Source: Octopus vulgaris (Eukaryota). From it: a DNA stretch of 64,000 nucleotides. Shown in pieces: positions 1 to 12,111 of the stretch; position 1 is the first letter of the stretch; every line of letters starts with the position of its first letter. Below the pieces are notes generated by a model. It saw only the letters and a list, made by a program, of their open reading frames with translations, had not been told where the DNA came from and did no database searches. The stretch is from contig OX597828.1 in assembly GCA_951406725.2 (NCBI GenBank), positions 68,448,001-68,512,000 of the forward strand, written 5' to 3'. A program made the translations under genes and the position numbers.

Positions 1-51
<51 letters not shown>

Positions 52-58
<7 letters not shown>

Positions 59-250
59 CAAAATGGGACAAGAACGCAAAACATCCAAATAGACGATACA
101 AAAAACACGGACGGGTCATTCGAAGCCTTTAATCTTCAGTCAGGAATCGGATCATCCTCTGCGAGGATTAGAGGCTTCGAATGACCCGTCCGTGTTTTTT
201 GTATCGTCTATTTGGATGTTTTGCGTTCTTGTCCCAGTTTGTATTTTTTA
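52..250. repeat. Fold-back inverted repeat (~80-bp arms) between (TA)n tracts
   Basis: Arm ~52-134 (tacaaaatgggacaagaacgc...cgaagcctttaatc) is the reverse complement of ~166-248 with 2-3 differences. Confidence 0.9.
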
Positions 251-279
251 TATATATATCTACATATATCATATATTTA

Positions 280-1134
280 CAAGATGCATTCCAGAAGTTT
301 CGAGACTGTTTCAGGAGAGACATTTCTTAATTTCAAAGACGTACAAAACCCTAATCACTTTCAAAGTAGGGTCCTCTGATTTCAATGCACTTGGTGTAGC
401 GCTCAAGCCACTTCATGGAGGGCCCATGGAAGTCTTTCAAAGTGAAGGAGTCCACGACCCTTGTCACAACCCTCTTCATCTTTAGCTTGGGGAACAAAGT
501 CACAAGCATCAAGGACTGGATTGTCGGGAGGGTGAGGGTCAGTTTTGATACCCGTCTTTGTCAAGTAGTTGGTCACCAGAACGAAAATGTGGACTGTTGC
601 ATTATTTTAGTGCAGGTGCTCCGGCCTTTTGCTCTGACATTTTTCTGAACGCCCTTAAAACTTTCACAAAATACCCTTTGTTGACCCTCTGGCCAGAGAA
701 AACCCAATAGATGCAGATGATGCCCTTGCTGTAGAAAAAGGGGATCATCATGGGTTTCCCGGTAAATTTGCTCCAGCTGGCCTCTTGAGCCAGCGAAGAG
801 CAGATACTCGGCACGGTTAAGCCCATAAGCAGTCTGGAGCGTTTCACAAGTTTGTGTAGCGTTTTTGCCCAGTTTAACAGAAAACTTTTGCACAATGAAT
901 TCCCAAATTGTCTTCACGTCCCGATTGCATTCTGCTCTCTACTCAAATGTGAAAAGCAGTGTTTAGTAGGATGTGTTCAAAATGATGTTACAGCCGTCTC
1001 CTTCGATTTAAAATAACAAAAGTTGGCCGCAAGTCAGCTTTTAGATTTATTGTAATGATATACTAAAATTACAATAATGTGGAACAGTTATAACGGCCTC
1101 TTCTAAAAAATGTTAAAAACTTCTGGAATGTGTA
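280..1134 (-). mobile_element. Degenerate Tc1/mariner element, family M1
   Basis: TIR core cattccagaagttt / aaaacttctggaatg; transposase remnants (KFSVKLGKNATQTCETLQTAYG; MMIPFFYSKGII...GQRVNKGYFVKVLRAF). Confidence 0.8.
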
Positions 1135-1216
1135 CACACAGAGTGACGGAGAGACACACACACACGCGCACACACACGCGCGTACATACACACACACACG
1201 CACACGTACACACAAA

Positions 1217-1294
<78 letters not shown>

Positions 1295-1778
1295 ATTCTC
1301 TTTTGGGGCGATGGATATCAGAACCTCAAAGCAGATAAAGTTATAAATAACAGAGTTCAAATTTCGGTTTGAAAAAGCGCTTTGGATACAGAAGTCAAAC
1401 TCTGCCCGTGGGGTTCGAACCTATATCTCCTGTAAACATGACACACATGCTCACAGACTAGAGAAAAAGTGTTGACTCTCTCTTATTGAATATAACTATG
1501 TCACTCATGTCAGCCGCCATCGAAGTGGATGAGACTACGAGTTTTTAAAAACGCTTTAACGTCTGTCCCATCAATCACCGACTTTTATGAACAAAACACG
1601 GAACAAATAATATAAGATGGCAGACGGGTTGTACGTCTCTGATTGGTTAGTACACATTCTGCATAGGTGTGATATTGATATGGGGCAAAAGAGAATATTC
1701 TCAAGGGAATTAGGGAAATAAGATGCAAGTGGTGACTATTAGATTCATGCCTGCAGAACATTCCGTAAGACAAATGAC

Positions 1779-2201
1779 GGATCTTTTCGGTTTGAACGGC
1801 AGTTTTTAACATAATTTCTAGGTAACCAAAAAAATTTTAAACTTCGTATACTGGTAGACTGTGTTTATAAAACATCTTTTTCTCTTGGCTTTATTGAGAA
1901 AATTCTATAGTTTGTAAGATATTTTTTTGTTTTTTTTTCTTCAATTTCTGCAATTTCAACCAATCACTGACGTCTATCGAGGTAAAAAACATTCTGTGCC
2001 GTATGAATATGTCCCTCGTTTAAGAAACAGATTGGGTTTATTTACATTTGTGAAGAAAAAAAGATACCCTTCCCCCACCCCTAACTAACCCTAACCCTAA
2101 AACAGATTGAAATGCAATAGATCGATACTAGGGTCATAATTATGGGTGACAATTTCATATGACACCGCTAGAAAAAACTGCCGTTCAAACCGAAAAGATC
2201 C
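1779..2201. mobile_element. MITE with 30-bp TIRs and 8-bp TSD (Merlin-like termini), copy 1
   Basis: TIR ggatcttttcggtttgaacggcagttttt / aaaaactgccgttcaaaccgaaaagatcc; TSD caaatgac. Confidence 0.9.
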
Positions 2202-2345
2202 CAAATGACTTAATCGAGGTGTTCTTCCACAGTGCTGTGTATCCCATCCCATGTTATTCAAATTAGAATTTCATAGAATATAAACAAATATTGGTTCGAA
2301 AAATCTGTGATTCTTTTATTTATATATATATATTTTGTTACTCAG

Positions 2346-2678
2346 AATGTCAAAGAACCCACCGAGCTCATCCAGGGTCAAGAACAAAATTCCAAATGCT
2401 TGATGGAAAGTTTTGGATCGAAGTTGATTGTGGATTTTTAGTGTGGAACCAGAAGATGTGTCAGTGCACTTATAACAAAATGGATCAGAAAAATAAGTGC
2501 AGTGATTTCGTGAAAGGAGATGCCCCTGGGTTATACAAACGCTGGAATGGACTGGTTTGGGAATCGAAAGATTGCAACCAATTTATTGGGAAGAAAACCA
2601 TGATTTGGAATGAAGAGAAGTGTATCTGCGACTGGGGCCCAGATGGACGTAAAACGATTGTACATCCAAAAGAAAAAA
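2346..2678 (+). CDS. Gene A (Pif-like/LamG3-type chitin-binding + LamG protein), internal exon with two chitin-binding type-2-like modules
   Basis: Acceptor ttactcag|, donor |gtaagt, phase 1-1. Reads ECQRTHRAHPGSRTKF...DCGFLVWNQKMCQC and KCSDFV...DCNQFIGKKTMIWNEEKCICDWGP (two C..C..WNxxxCxC units). Upstream exons are not identified in the window. Confidence 0.85.
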
Positions 2679-3223
2679 GTAAGTAGGAAATTTTAATAAA
2701 CAGTTTCATATGAAGTGGAAAGTTTGATAAGAGACAGTTTATAGTTTAGTTTCAGATCAATCTTGATTGAATAAACGTCTTATAAAGACTTTCCAGCCTT
2801 TACCATTTCATCTTATTGCAGACATAGTCTATCTAGGATTACATAATCTTATATAATCTTTTCTTTTTTTAAAGACAATACGGCAAGGTTCGAGGGAGAT
2901 TTAGCTCCTATTTTTAGAAGGTTGCGTGACCACGTAGATACTCTCTCTCTCGGAGAAAATAAAATAGAATTAATGAAGAAGAGAAACCATTCGTGATCTG
3001 AAGTTTATGTTTAGAATCTTTAAGCACCATCTACAGCGGTTCCTTGATGTTTGAAAAAACACTTCGGATAAAGACATTAAAAATTCACCGAGTTTTCTAA
3101 AGATGAAAATAAAATTTTTGCCTCCTACCGATGCAGTTTCAACCCTAAATGGAAGACGAATCTAATCATATTCCAAGTTCTTTTTGCGATAGAGATAACA
3201 AAAAAAAAAAAAGATTCAATACA

Positions 3224-3478
3224 TACTAGCACTATGACCCGTATCAAGTTTCGGGCATTTTGATTGGGTTTTGGATAGAAAATTCACAAAAAAGTCACTT
3301 CTATTGATTTTTTAATGGTTTTGTTGGGTGACTGGGGAAATGTAAAGATGTGCACGACCACCCTTGGACAGTTTTGAATGACCATAGAAAGTGCGAGCCC
3401 TCTAACGGAAAAATTGTGGATTTGTATAAAGGACACACACACACACACAGACATTTTGCCGTTTATATATAGAGAGAT
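3224..3478. mobile_element. Possible non-autonomous Helitron/Helentron-type fragment
   Basis: Begins tactagca..gacccg, ends (CA)n-gacattttgccgtttatatatagaga, a layout resembling DINE-1/HINE elements; recognition only. Confidence 0.35.
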
Positions 3479-4304
3479 ACTTGAATGTGGATTCTTTTGA
3501 GCACTGATTATGTGTCTAGAGGACTGAATTTGAACTTGTGTCTAAAGGACTGTATTTGAACTTGTAACCTTTATTTCTAAACTGTAGTTTAGAAATAAAC
3601 TAAGGAGTGATTAAACAAAAGTGTAGTGAAGTTACTATACGGTTGGCCTCGGCTGATTTCACAGTTCTGGCTACATTTCTACTCTATTACAGTAAAGACA
3701 GCCATAGTTCAGTAAAGACAGCCTGCCATATATGGATTTAGGCTGGTGCCGCTGGCCTTTATAGTTATATCTACTTCGTTGATTAATCCAAGTTTTTCTT
3801 TGAAGATAATTTCAAGGAATTAAAAATTAATTTCTCAGAAAAATTAGTTTTCATGCTTAGAGGTAAAATAATCGATGTTTGTTGGTGGACAAGATGTCAC
3901 ATAGGAAATGTTTCAACGAGATACAGCCTGGTCAGTGAATTGTGATGTTTTTACAAATAGAGAAAACTGTTTTGGTCAATGGTAATTTGGATAATAACAA
4001 AAAGCGAACTAAGGGAAATAACTGAAGTTTGTTAATGGCATGAACAGAAATAAGTGAGATAGATAAAGATGGGCTGAATGACATACAAAAAAAAATTCTC
4101 AATGGAGTGAAATTTACCTCTTTGTTGGAGAAAGAAAACTAAAACCTAGCGGGCGATCGTTAATACTGTCACAATAATAAAAAATGGTGTGAAATTAAAC
4201 GTTCATAAAAAGTGGTGACTCCGTCGCAACTCAGAGTTTCTCTACTAAATGTGTTGAATACTTTCTCTCCTGTTTTTATACCCAAACATGTGTGTGTGTG
4301 TGTG

Positions 4305-4385
<81 letters not shown>

Positions 4386-4395
4386 ACACACATAC

Positions 4396-4638
4396 ATCTG
4401 TAAATGTAATATGTGACAATTTTTCGGTAGCCATGGTAAAACTCCGAGTTTCGGATGTCGGGGTGGAAATCCACTCCCCCATGTCTTTGTTTTCCCTTTG
4501 TTTAACGGTCATTTTTCATAGCATTTTCCCGATGGCCGGATAACTGAAGGGATGGCGGCGTGGATTTCCACCCCGACATCCGAAACTCGGAGTTTTACCA
4601 TGGCTACCGAATAATTGTCACATATTACATTTACAGAT
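4396..4638. repeat. Fold-back inverted repeat (~78-bp arms)
   Basis: atctgtaaatgtaatatgtgacaat...ggaaatccac (4396-4473) versus its reverse complement at 4560-4638. Confidence 0.9.
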
Positions 4639-4719
4639 AAATTCCTCTATTTACGTAATATCGAGGTCTCTTTCATTCTTCTGTTGTCTTACCATTTTTA
4701 TCAATATGTATATACATAT

Positions 4720-4855
<136 letters not shown>

Positions 4856-4875
4856 CTTTCTTTTGCTGTATTCAG

Positions 4876-5297
4876 TTCCTGCCAAGAACTGCTTCGTCAT
4901 GCTCAACATCACTTTCGATGCTGGATTTTTCGACAATGCCCACCAGTCTTGGATTGAAAGGCGAAACATTCCGAACAGCGAATTAGTCCAAGATCCTGCA
5001 ACAGTTGGATCCGGTCAAGCAGCATGCTTTGACGAATCTCCAATGCTGTCAGCATATTTCATTGAGAATTCTTTAACAAATAACTTTAATATTGCCTTCA
5101 GTTTCAAAATTTGCCAAAAAATGGTGGCAGACGACCGTCTACAGAGCCTTTTCCACAACAGCTGCTATATTGAAGGCGACGGTGTGATTTCTCCTACTAT
5201 TTCTTTGAGTTTCCAACCAAAAACTGGTTTATTCATCATTGACATAGATACCGAACACAGCGTTATTCCAATCACGGACTCTTGTGTTGCACACATC
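4876..5297 (+). CDS. Gene A exon, N-terminal part of laminin-G/ConA-like domain
   Basis: gtattcag| ... |gtaagt, phase 1-0, open throughout: [23 protein letters not shown]...LFHNSCY...[10 protein letters not shown]...DSCVAHI. Aligns by eye with gene B exon 22262-22656. Confidence 0.85.
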
Positions 5298-5464
5298 GTA
5301 AGTATATATGTACGCATGTAACAAAGTATGTATGTATGTATGTATGTATGTATGTATGTATGTATGTATGTATGTATGTATGTATGTATGTATGTATGCA
5401 TGTATGTATGTATGTATGTATGCATGTATGTATGTATGTATGTATGTATGTATCTATGTATGTA

Positions 5465-6117
5465 CCTGGGAAGGTAAAGGCGATTCACGTCTGCCTTTGG
5501 ATGGTGCATCTTATTACAAGTCAGTAGCTTGCGGATTTTCCTGTCAATTTTCATTATTTCACTAGTATTCCAGTTAAGCACATTGAAGCTATAAAGAACA
5601 ACTGGTACTGCTAAGGAATTTATGGCTAAAACCTTATTATATGCATTCAGCTCAGACTTCAGGACTGCTCGGACTCTTCTATGACATTCTTTCCTAACCT
5701 TCTCTTTCATGCTTGCATGCTGGATACCTTCATTTATTCCTAGGTATTTATAGGTGTGTTCCTGCTCAAGTTCCTTTATTACTATTTCGACATCTAATTC
5801 GATTGAACTAGACTTTACCAATTTCCCTGTCTTAAAAGTGGCTTTGGCACACTTTTCAAGGCCAAACTCCATCCCGATATCATCACTGAATCCTTTCACA
5901 GTATGTAATAATCCTTCAAGCTCTTCATCATCTTTGCCATATAGCTTTAAGTCATCCATATAAACTAGATGGCTTATTTTCTTGTTGTCAATTTTGTAGC
6001 CATATACTGTTCTATTCAGTTCACTTGAGAGTGGTATTAATGCTATGCAGAAAATTAGTGGTGAAAGTGAGTCACCTTGGAAAATTCCACAGTTTATGCT
6101 AATGTTGTTTGAGTGCA

Positions 6118-6118
<1 letters not shown>
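5465..6118 (-). mobile_element. Non-LTR retrotransposon reverse transcriptase fragment (R4/Dong-like)
   Basis: GIFQGDSLSPLIFCIALIPLS, HLVYMDDLKLY, GMEFGLEKCA, YKYLG, HHPKADVNRLYLPR; bounded by (TAA)n and (TACA)n. Confidence 0.9.
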
Positions 6119-6170
<52 letters not shown>

Positions 6171-6205
6171 CATTATTATTATTATTATTATCATTATTAT
6201 TATTA

Positions 6206-6278
<73 letters not shown>

Positions 6279-6321
6279 CATCATCATCATTATCATTATT
6301 ATTATTATTATTATTTATATG

Positions 6322-6368
<47 letters not shown>
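6118..6368. repeat. (TAT)n/(CAT)n followed by (TA)n microsatellite
   Basis: Direct reading. Confidence 0.95.
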
Positions 6369-6370
<2 letters not shown>

Positions 6371-6528
6371 CAAGCATGCAATAATGGACTGTTCAAAACA
6401 TTGCTAAATCTGTTTCAATAGCGGGGTAATTTATTTAATAATGCGCAGTACATTAATTAATGTTACGTGATTCTGCATCATTAAGTAACCAAGTAATTTC
6501 ATCAGGTGATATTTAGATTTTAATCGAA

Positions 6529-6924
6529 GGCGGTGAGCTGGCAGAAACGTCAGCACACCGGGCGAAATGCGTAGCCGTATTTCGTCTGCCGTTTATTTCT
6601 GAGTTCAAATTCCGCCGAGGTCGACTTTGCCTTTCATCCTTTCGGGGTCGATAAATTAAGTACTAGTTACGCTCTGGGGTCGATATAATTGACTTAATCC
6701 CTTTGTCTGTCCTTGTTTGTCCCCTCTGTGTTTAGCCCCTTGTGGGTAGTAATGAAATAGGTATTTTGTCTGTCTTTACGTTCTGAGTTCAAATTCCGCC
6801 GAGGTCGACTTTGCCTTTCATCGTTTTGGGGTCGATAAATTAAGTACTAGTTGCGTACTGGGGTCTATATAATCGACTGACCCACTCCCCAAAAAGTTCT
6901 GGCCTTGTGCCTAGAGTAGAAAAG
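6529..6924 (+). mobile_element. tRNA-derived SINE family S1, chimeric dimer
   Basis: Head ggcggtgagctggcagaaacg, B-box-like gagttcaaattcc; outer TSD gatatttagattt(t/c)aatcg. Confidence 0.85.
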
Positions 6925-7745
6925 GATATTTAGATTTCAATCGGCGAAATATAATTAATCTATTGAGTAATTACGTAATATTATGTAATGTACTCTGCCT
7001 TGTAAGATAAATAACTGCGCTACCATTCTTATTTGTTTATTAAATGATACACTGTGTAATCTGTAGCAGTTATACCATTGATACATAGATAGATTTACAG
7101 TATTCGTGCGGAATGCTATACTGACCAGTCGAATGATATGGAATATTTACATTTTTTTGGGGGTGGATGGGTCCTAGCTCCTGGAAAGCTTTACTAGGAA
7201 TCTTTCATCTATTGGTGTAGTGTTAACACCAACCCCTCACTTGGTTTATCCCACCAGCTGAAGTAAGGTACTGGGATGTGATGTAGGGACTCATCAAGTG
7301 AGAGTTTAGGAGTTGAATGAGAACTAGTGTTGCCAGTCCACATGACCATCCCTTGCAAGGTGCATCAGCCAGACACCAAAGGTACTACCTCTATTCAGAG
7401 ACCCTTGCACTCCATATAGCTTTTAATTACCCCAATAAAAAATCTTTTTGTGCGAGATCCGGTGACCGCGGAGGGTATTTTATTTGGCAAATGTCATCAA
7501 GGTAGGGTTTATAATCAGGTATATTGACTCCAGTATATCACTGTTACGCAATTTGTTGTCTTCAGAAAGATGACCGACAAAAGTGACTGCGGTGGAATTT
7601 GCACTCGAAACGTCTAACTATCGCTCGGCCTTTCATCGAACGCTTTTCCCACTTTACCAGTCATTGTTCTCACATCTAATGAAAACATAATTTTTAGCTT
7701 TGGCGCAAGGGCAGACATTTTGGAGAGCGGTATCAACCTCAATAA

Positions 7746-7965
7746 GGCGGCGAGCTGGCAGAAACGTTAGCACGCCGGGCGAAATGCTATGCGGTATTTC
7801 GTCTGCCGTTACTTTCTGAGTTCAAATTCCGCCGAGGTCGACTTTGCCTTTCATCCTTTCAGGGTCGTTAAATTAAGCACTGGGGTCGATGTAATCGACT
7901 TAATCCCTTTGTCTGTCCTTGTTTGTCCCCTCCGTGTTTAGCCCCTTGTGGGCAATAAAGAAATA
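7746..7965 (+). mobile_element. SINE S1 monomer
   Basis: Full head and body; TSD ggtatc(a/g)ac(c/a)tcaat. Confidence 0.85.
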
Positions 7966-8181
7966 GGTATCGACATCAATTCACGATTGGTATTTATTCT
8001 ATTGGGTTCGAAAGGATGAAAAGCAAAGTCCACCTCGACAAGACTTGAGACAAGAGAGTCTAATAACGGAAATCCGGTTCTTTCCCACTTCTGCTGCTCA
8101 TAGCTCTTTATATTTGATTAAAATATTGAAAAAAGACACAGATTTAAAAACCCAATTGTTTTCGGTTTCTCTTCTGCACAG

Positions 8182-8281
8182 GATGATTCTGTTTGGAATA
8201 CGGTAGAGATGACTTACCAGAATGATATCCTCATCCTCTCAGTTAATCACCAGATTTGTCTTAAATCGACATTTTTCAAAG
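8182..8281 (+). CDS. Gene A exon (LamG, W-x-x-V strand)
   Basis: ctgcacag| DDSVWNTVEMTYQNDILILSVNHQICLKSTFFK(G) |gtttgt; 100 nt, phase 0-1, same size and phase as the paralogous exon 21403-21502. Confidence 0.85.
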
Positions 8282-8387
8282 GTTTGTGACCTTCTTTTAC
8301 CTTTTTTTTTTTACCCATTATTTTCTTTCGTTTTGTTATCAGAACTTCGAAACATTTACTCCGGACGGCACTTTCAGCATATCTTGG

Positions 8388-8436
<49 letters not shown>

Positions 8437-8443
8437 CACCACC

Positions 8444-8502
<59 letters not shown>

Positions 8503-8778
8503 CCATATGTGTGTCTGTGTGCATACACACACCTACACACACACACACACACTACTTTTTGCAATATTATTATTCATATAACGCATATTTCATCTTTCTG
8601 GGTTCTAATCTACAACCAAGAATCTCTTTCTCTCTCTCTCTCTATCAACCTACCTACCTACCTACCTACATACATACCTGCCTGCCTACCTACCTACTTA
8701 CCTACCCACATCTATGTATGTATGTATGTATGTATGTATGTATGTATGTATGTATGTATGTATGTATGTATGTATGTA

Positions 8779-8811
<33 letters not shown>

Positions 8812-9477
8812 TTCTATCTATCTGTCCATTTTATATCCCGTTGCTCTCCATCATCTCCATCATCTCTTATTATCACTCTGTCTCCACTTACCTAACTATT
8901 ATCTCCCGTCTTATTTTGTACCAAACATTTCCATCTTTTTCATCCTGCTTCTTTTCTCTGATTCTCTAATCCTCTTTCTTCTCCCACTTTCGCATGACTG
9001 ATTGTCTGTTTTCGATTTTCGTTTCTTTTTTTTTTTGCTCAAAACCGCAAAGCGCTCCACTACTTTCCTCCTTGTGTTACTTTACTTATTGTCCAGATCG
9101 GAAGGCAGTTCGTTGTCTTCTCTGATGTTTTTTCTTTTATTTTGCTGCACTAAATTTGATGTAGTGCATTCATTTATCTTGATTCTTTTAAGCACGCATC
9201 CGTCAGTACTGTCGCAACTCTAATGGGAAAACTGATCAAGGAATCAAACTTGTGTTAGCTTCTCGTTATTTTTTCTAAATATCTTTGTCCGTTTCTATTA
9301 CTTCTTCACCCCCCCCCACAATTGGTTTATAAAATGGTACGATACAGCACCCACAAAAGAGTAAGTCGCACTTTCCGTCCGTAGACTAGGGTGGCACCTA
9401 GGGCAAAGTGCTAGCGACCCGGTTAGCTTGCCATACCAGGGATACGGTGAAGATGTCGGCAGTAGGACGTTGGATAA

Positions 9478-9630
9478 CCTATTTCTTTACTACCCACAGG
9501 GGGCTAAACACAGAAGGGACAAACAAGGACAGACAGACGGATTAAGTCGATTACATCGACCCCGAAAGGATGAAAGGCAAAGTCGACCTCGGCGGAATTT
9601 GAACTCAGAACATAACGGCAGACGAAATAC
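9478..9630 (-). mobile_element. SINE S1, partial
   Basis: Reverse complement of S1 body with an internal deletion. Confidence 0.8.
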
Positions 9631-9867
9631 GTAGTGGCTAGATCGCTAGCCACTACACACATTTTTTCTCTCTGTTTTGTCTCTCCTTTTTTCTCTCCCT
9701 TTTTTCTCTCCTTGTTTCTCTCCTTGTTTCTTTCTGTGTCCCTTTCTGTAGAAGAGCGTAGGCTCGAAACGTAAAAGACTTTTTCTATTCCTGAGCGTTA
9801 TACTAATACATCTGTTTGTATTCTACACCACCTGTCTTCGTCTTTTGTTTTTTTCGTAAACTCTCCC

Positions 9868-9870
<3 letters not shown>
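9631..9870 (+). mobile_element. Short Penelope-like remnant with variant hammerhead motif (9742-9777), copy 1
   Basis: Near-identical to 31745-31940; begins with hairpin gtagtggctag-atcg-ctagccactac, ends in (TA)n; CTTT-CTGTAGAA-GAGC-gtag-GCTC-GAAAC-GTA-AAAG. Confidence 0.6.
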
Positions 9871-9904
<34 letters not shown>

Positions 9905-10076
9905 GTGTTCGTGCGTATGCTTGTATATATATATATGCATGTGTGTATGTATGTATGCATGTTTGCATGCATATATGTATGTATATGTGTGTGTGTGTCT
10001 GTATGTGTGTGTGCGTGCGTGTGTGTATGTAATTATCTATTACTCCTCACTGCTGTCTCATGTTTTGTCTGCGCAG

Positions 10077-10144
10077 GTAACGTGAAGCGTTTCCACTGTC
10101 CGCTGATTCTACCAGGTGAAGATTTCTGTGGCTGCCTGGACGAA
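10077..10144 (+). CDS. Gene A exon (LamG C-terminal F-x-G-C-L-D-E motif)
   Basis: gcgcag| GNVKRFHCPLILPGEDFCGCLDE |gtaagt; phase 1-0. Confidence 0.85.
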
Positions 10145-10495
10145 GTAAGTTGTTTTAAGACATTCGTCTTAAGTAATGTAATGTGGTGCTTGTTATATCT
10201 GTCTGTGTTCGTTGTTGCTTTTATCACTTCCACAGAGGGACGGAATAGTGTCTAATGAAAATAGTTGTTAACCCTTTCTGAATACCAATTCAAATAAAAA
10301 CAAAAGAAAACAAAAGAAAGATGATATAAACAATAGCAGCAGCAGCAACAGTGGAAAAGTGTGAAGTCGACCGGTTTCATATTATTGAGGAAAAATATAG
10401 ACAGAGGGAAGGTGTTCCAATATTGCATGTGGAAAGGAAGAGATGTTCATAAAGTTGTTAATTTGTTGTAAGGAGTGAAGAGTAAAGTTTCATCT

Positions 10496-10564
<69 letters not shown>

Positions 10565-11140
10565 AAAGAGTATTTCTTTATTCACCATAAGGTTGAGAAA
10601 AAGAGGGGACGATACGAGGACAGACAAAACAAACGTTGGGGTCAGGGTATCGAATGAGATAAAGTGTATGAATAAACAAACAATTAAAATATATACAATT
10701 AAATGATAATGAGTGATTAACAAAAAATGAAGCGGAGGACGCGGTCGACCCCACAAACCACAGACTCACACTGAAGACTTTGCTTTCTCCTTTTTTATAT
10801 TCTCGTTTAAGCAGGTTCTTTCACTCGCAACATACTTGCTATAGACTTCCATCTTTTACGAAACACACTTTGCGACAGGCATTTCTTCTCCAACCTTTTT
10901 TTCTGTTTCATATGGAAAACGAAAAAGTCGATTAGCTCAAGACTGGAGATGAACATGCCTGTTGCAATTCCTTTCACTCTTGTCTTCCATACTACTTCTT
11001 TGCAGTATCGGTTACAAACCCGGGTTTTACTGCCCGTAACACGGAGGAGAGAAAAATTAAGTACAGGACCCGTTGTATTAGAACTATATTCTCAAGAATT
11101 TACACTTATCATTACTTTCTTTACATTTCTCTCTATTTAG

Positions 11141-11167
11141 GTAATTATCCGTCGTGGATGTCTGTAG
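11141..11167 (+). CDS. Gene A terminal coding exon VIIRRGCL*
   Basis: Long pyrimidine tract then tttag|; completes DEVII motif; equivalent to ILLWRQCSPN* in gene B; AATAAA near 11716. Confidence 0.75.
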   Translation, partial: VIIRRGCL

Positions 11168-11785
11168 AAATAAGGAACCAAAATACGGTGTTTTTCGCAA
11201 ATCAAGACAGACATGGTCTCGAAGTTTAAAACCTCACCTGAAGATAAATTAGAAACAAATGAAGCAATTAATTTATAAACCATTCACAATCTGCAATAAT
11301 AACTATCATGAATGCAATATCGGTTTGAAGAAAGCTAATGACAAGACTTCGTGGAATTTATTCTCTGATCGCTAGAAATGTTGCAGTGTTTATTCTTCAC
11401 TGCGTATATCAACAAATACTAGAAAGAAAGAAAAAGAAAAACGAAAAAAGGAAAGAAAAAAATTCAGTGAAATATAAAATTTTAAACATGAAATATGAAG
11501 TATTTCATAAAAATGCAATATAAAAAAATTAAATATTGATAATCTTTTCTTTATTAGCTTGAATATGAATTTGCAGTGTCTTACAAATACGTGTAACATA
11601 AAGACTCGTAAAACAGATTCGAGGTGGTGGTGGTGGTGGAGTGGTGAAAGGTGTTATACCAAATATAATGGGACTAGTTAAAATTTTATAAGAAAACATT
11701 TAAATAATTACATGGAATAAATAAAAAAAATTGAAATAATATATGTATGTGTACAGGTACGTTTATATATCTATTTCAATAGCTA

Positions 11786-12111
11786 CAAGGCACATTCCAG
11801 AAGTTTTAAGACCTTTTTTCAGGAGAAACAATTAATTTCAAAGAAGTACAAAACTCTTATCCCTTTCAAAGTAGGACCCCCAGCCTTCAATGCACTTGTT
11901 GTGCCCCATGGAAGTCCTCCAAACTGGAAGTGTCCAATCCAGTCAATTGTGACAAGTGCTGTTACATCCGTCTCCTTAATTTGGAATAATAAAAGTTGGC
12001 GGGTCAGCTTATTAGATGAATTGTAATTAATATTCTAAAATTACAATTATCTAGAACAGTTATAACTGCTTCTCTTAAAAACAAGTCACAAAACTTCTGG
12101 AGTGCGTCTCG
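11786..12111 (-). mobile_element. Internally deleted copy (MITE) of mariner family M1
   Basis: Same TIRs and subterminal sequence as 280-1134, TA flanks. Confidence 0.75.

Noticed and set aside
10996-11050. Twister-ribozyme resemblance (CGGTTACAAACCCGG)
   Set aside because: The UAA cleavage strand and P1/P2 partners could not be placed; kept only as an unexplained duplicated block.
11234-11270. CTGAAGA-taaatta-GAAAC in the gene A 3' UTR
   Set aside because: No stem III or NUH triplet; expected by chance in AT-rich DNA.
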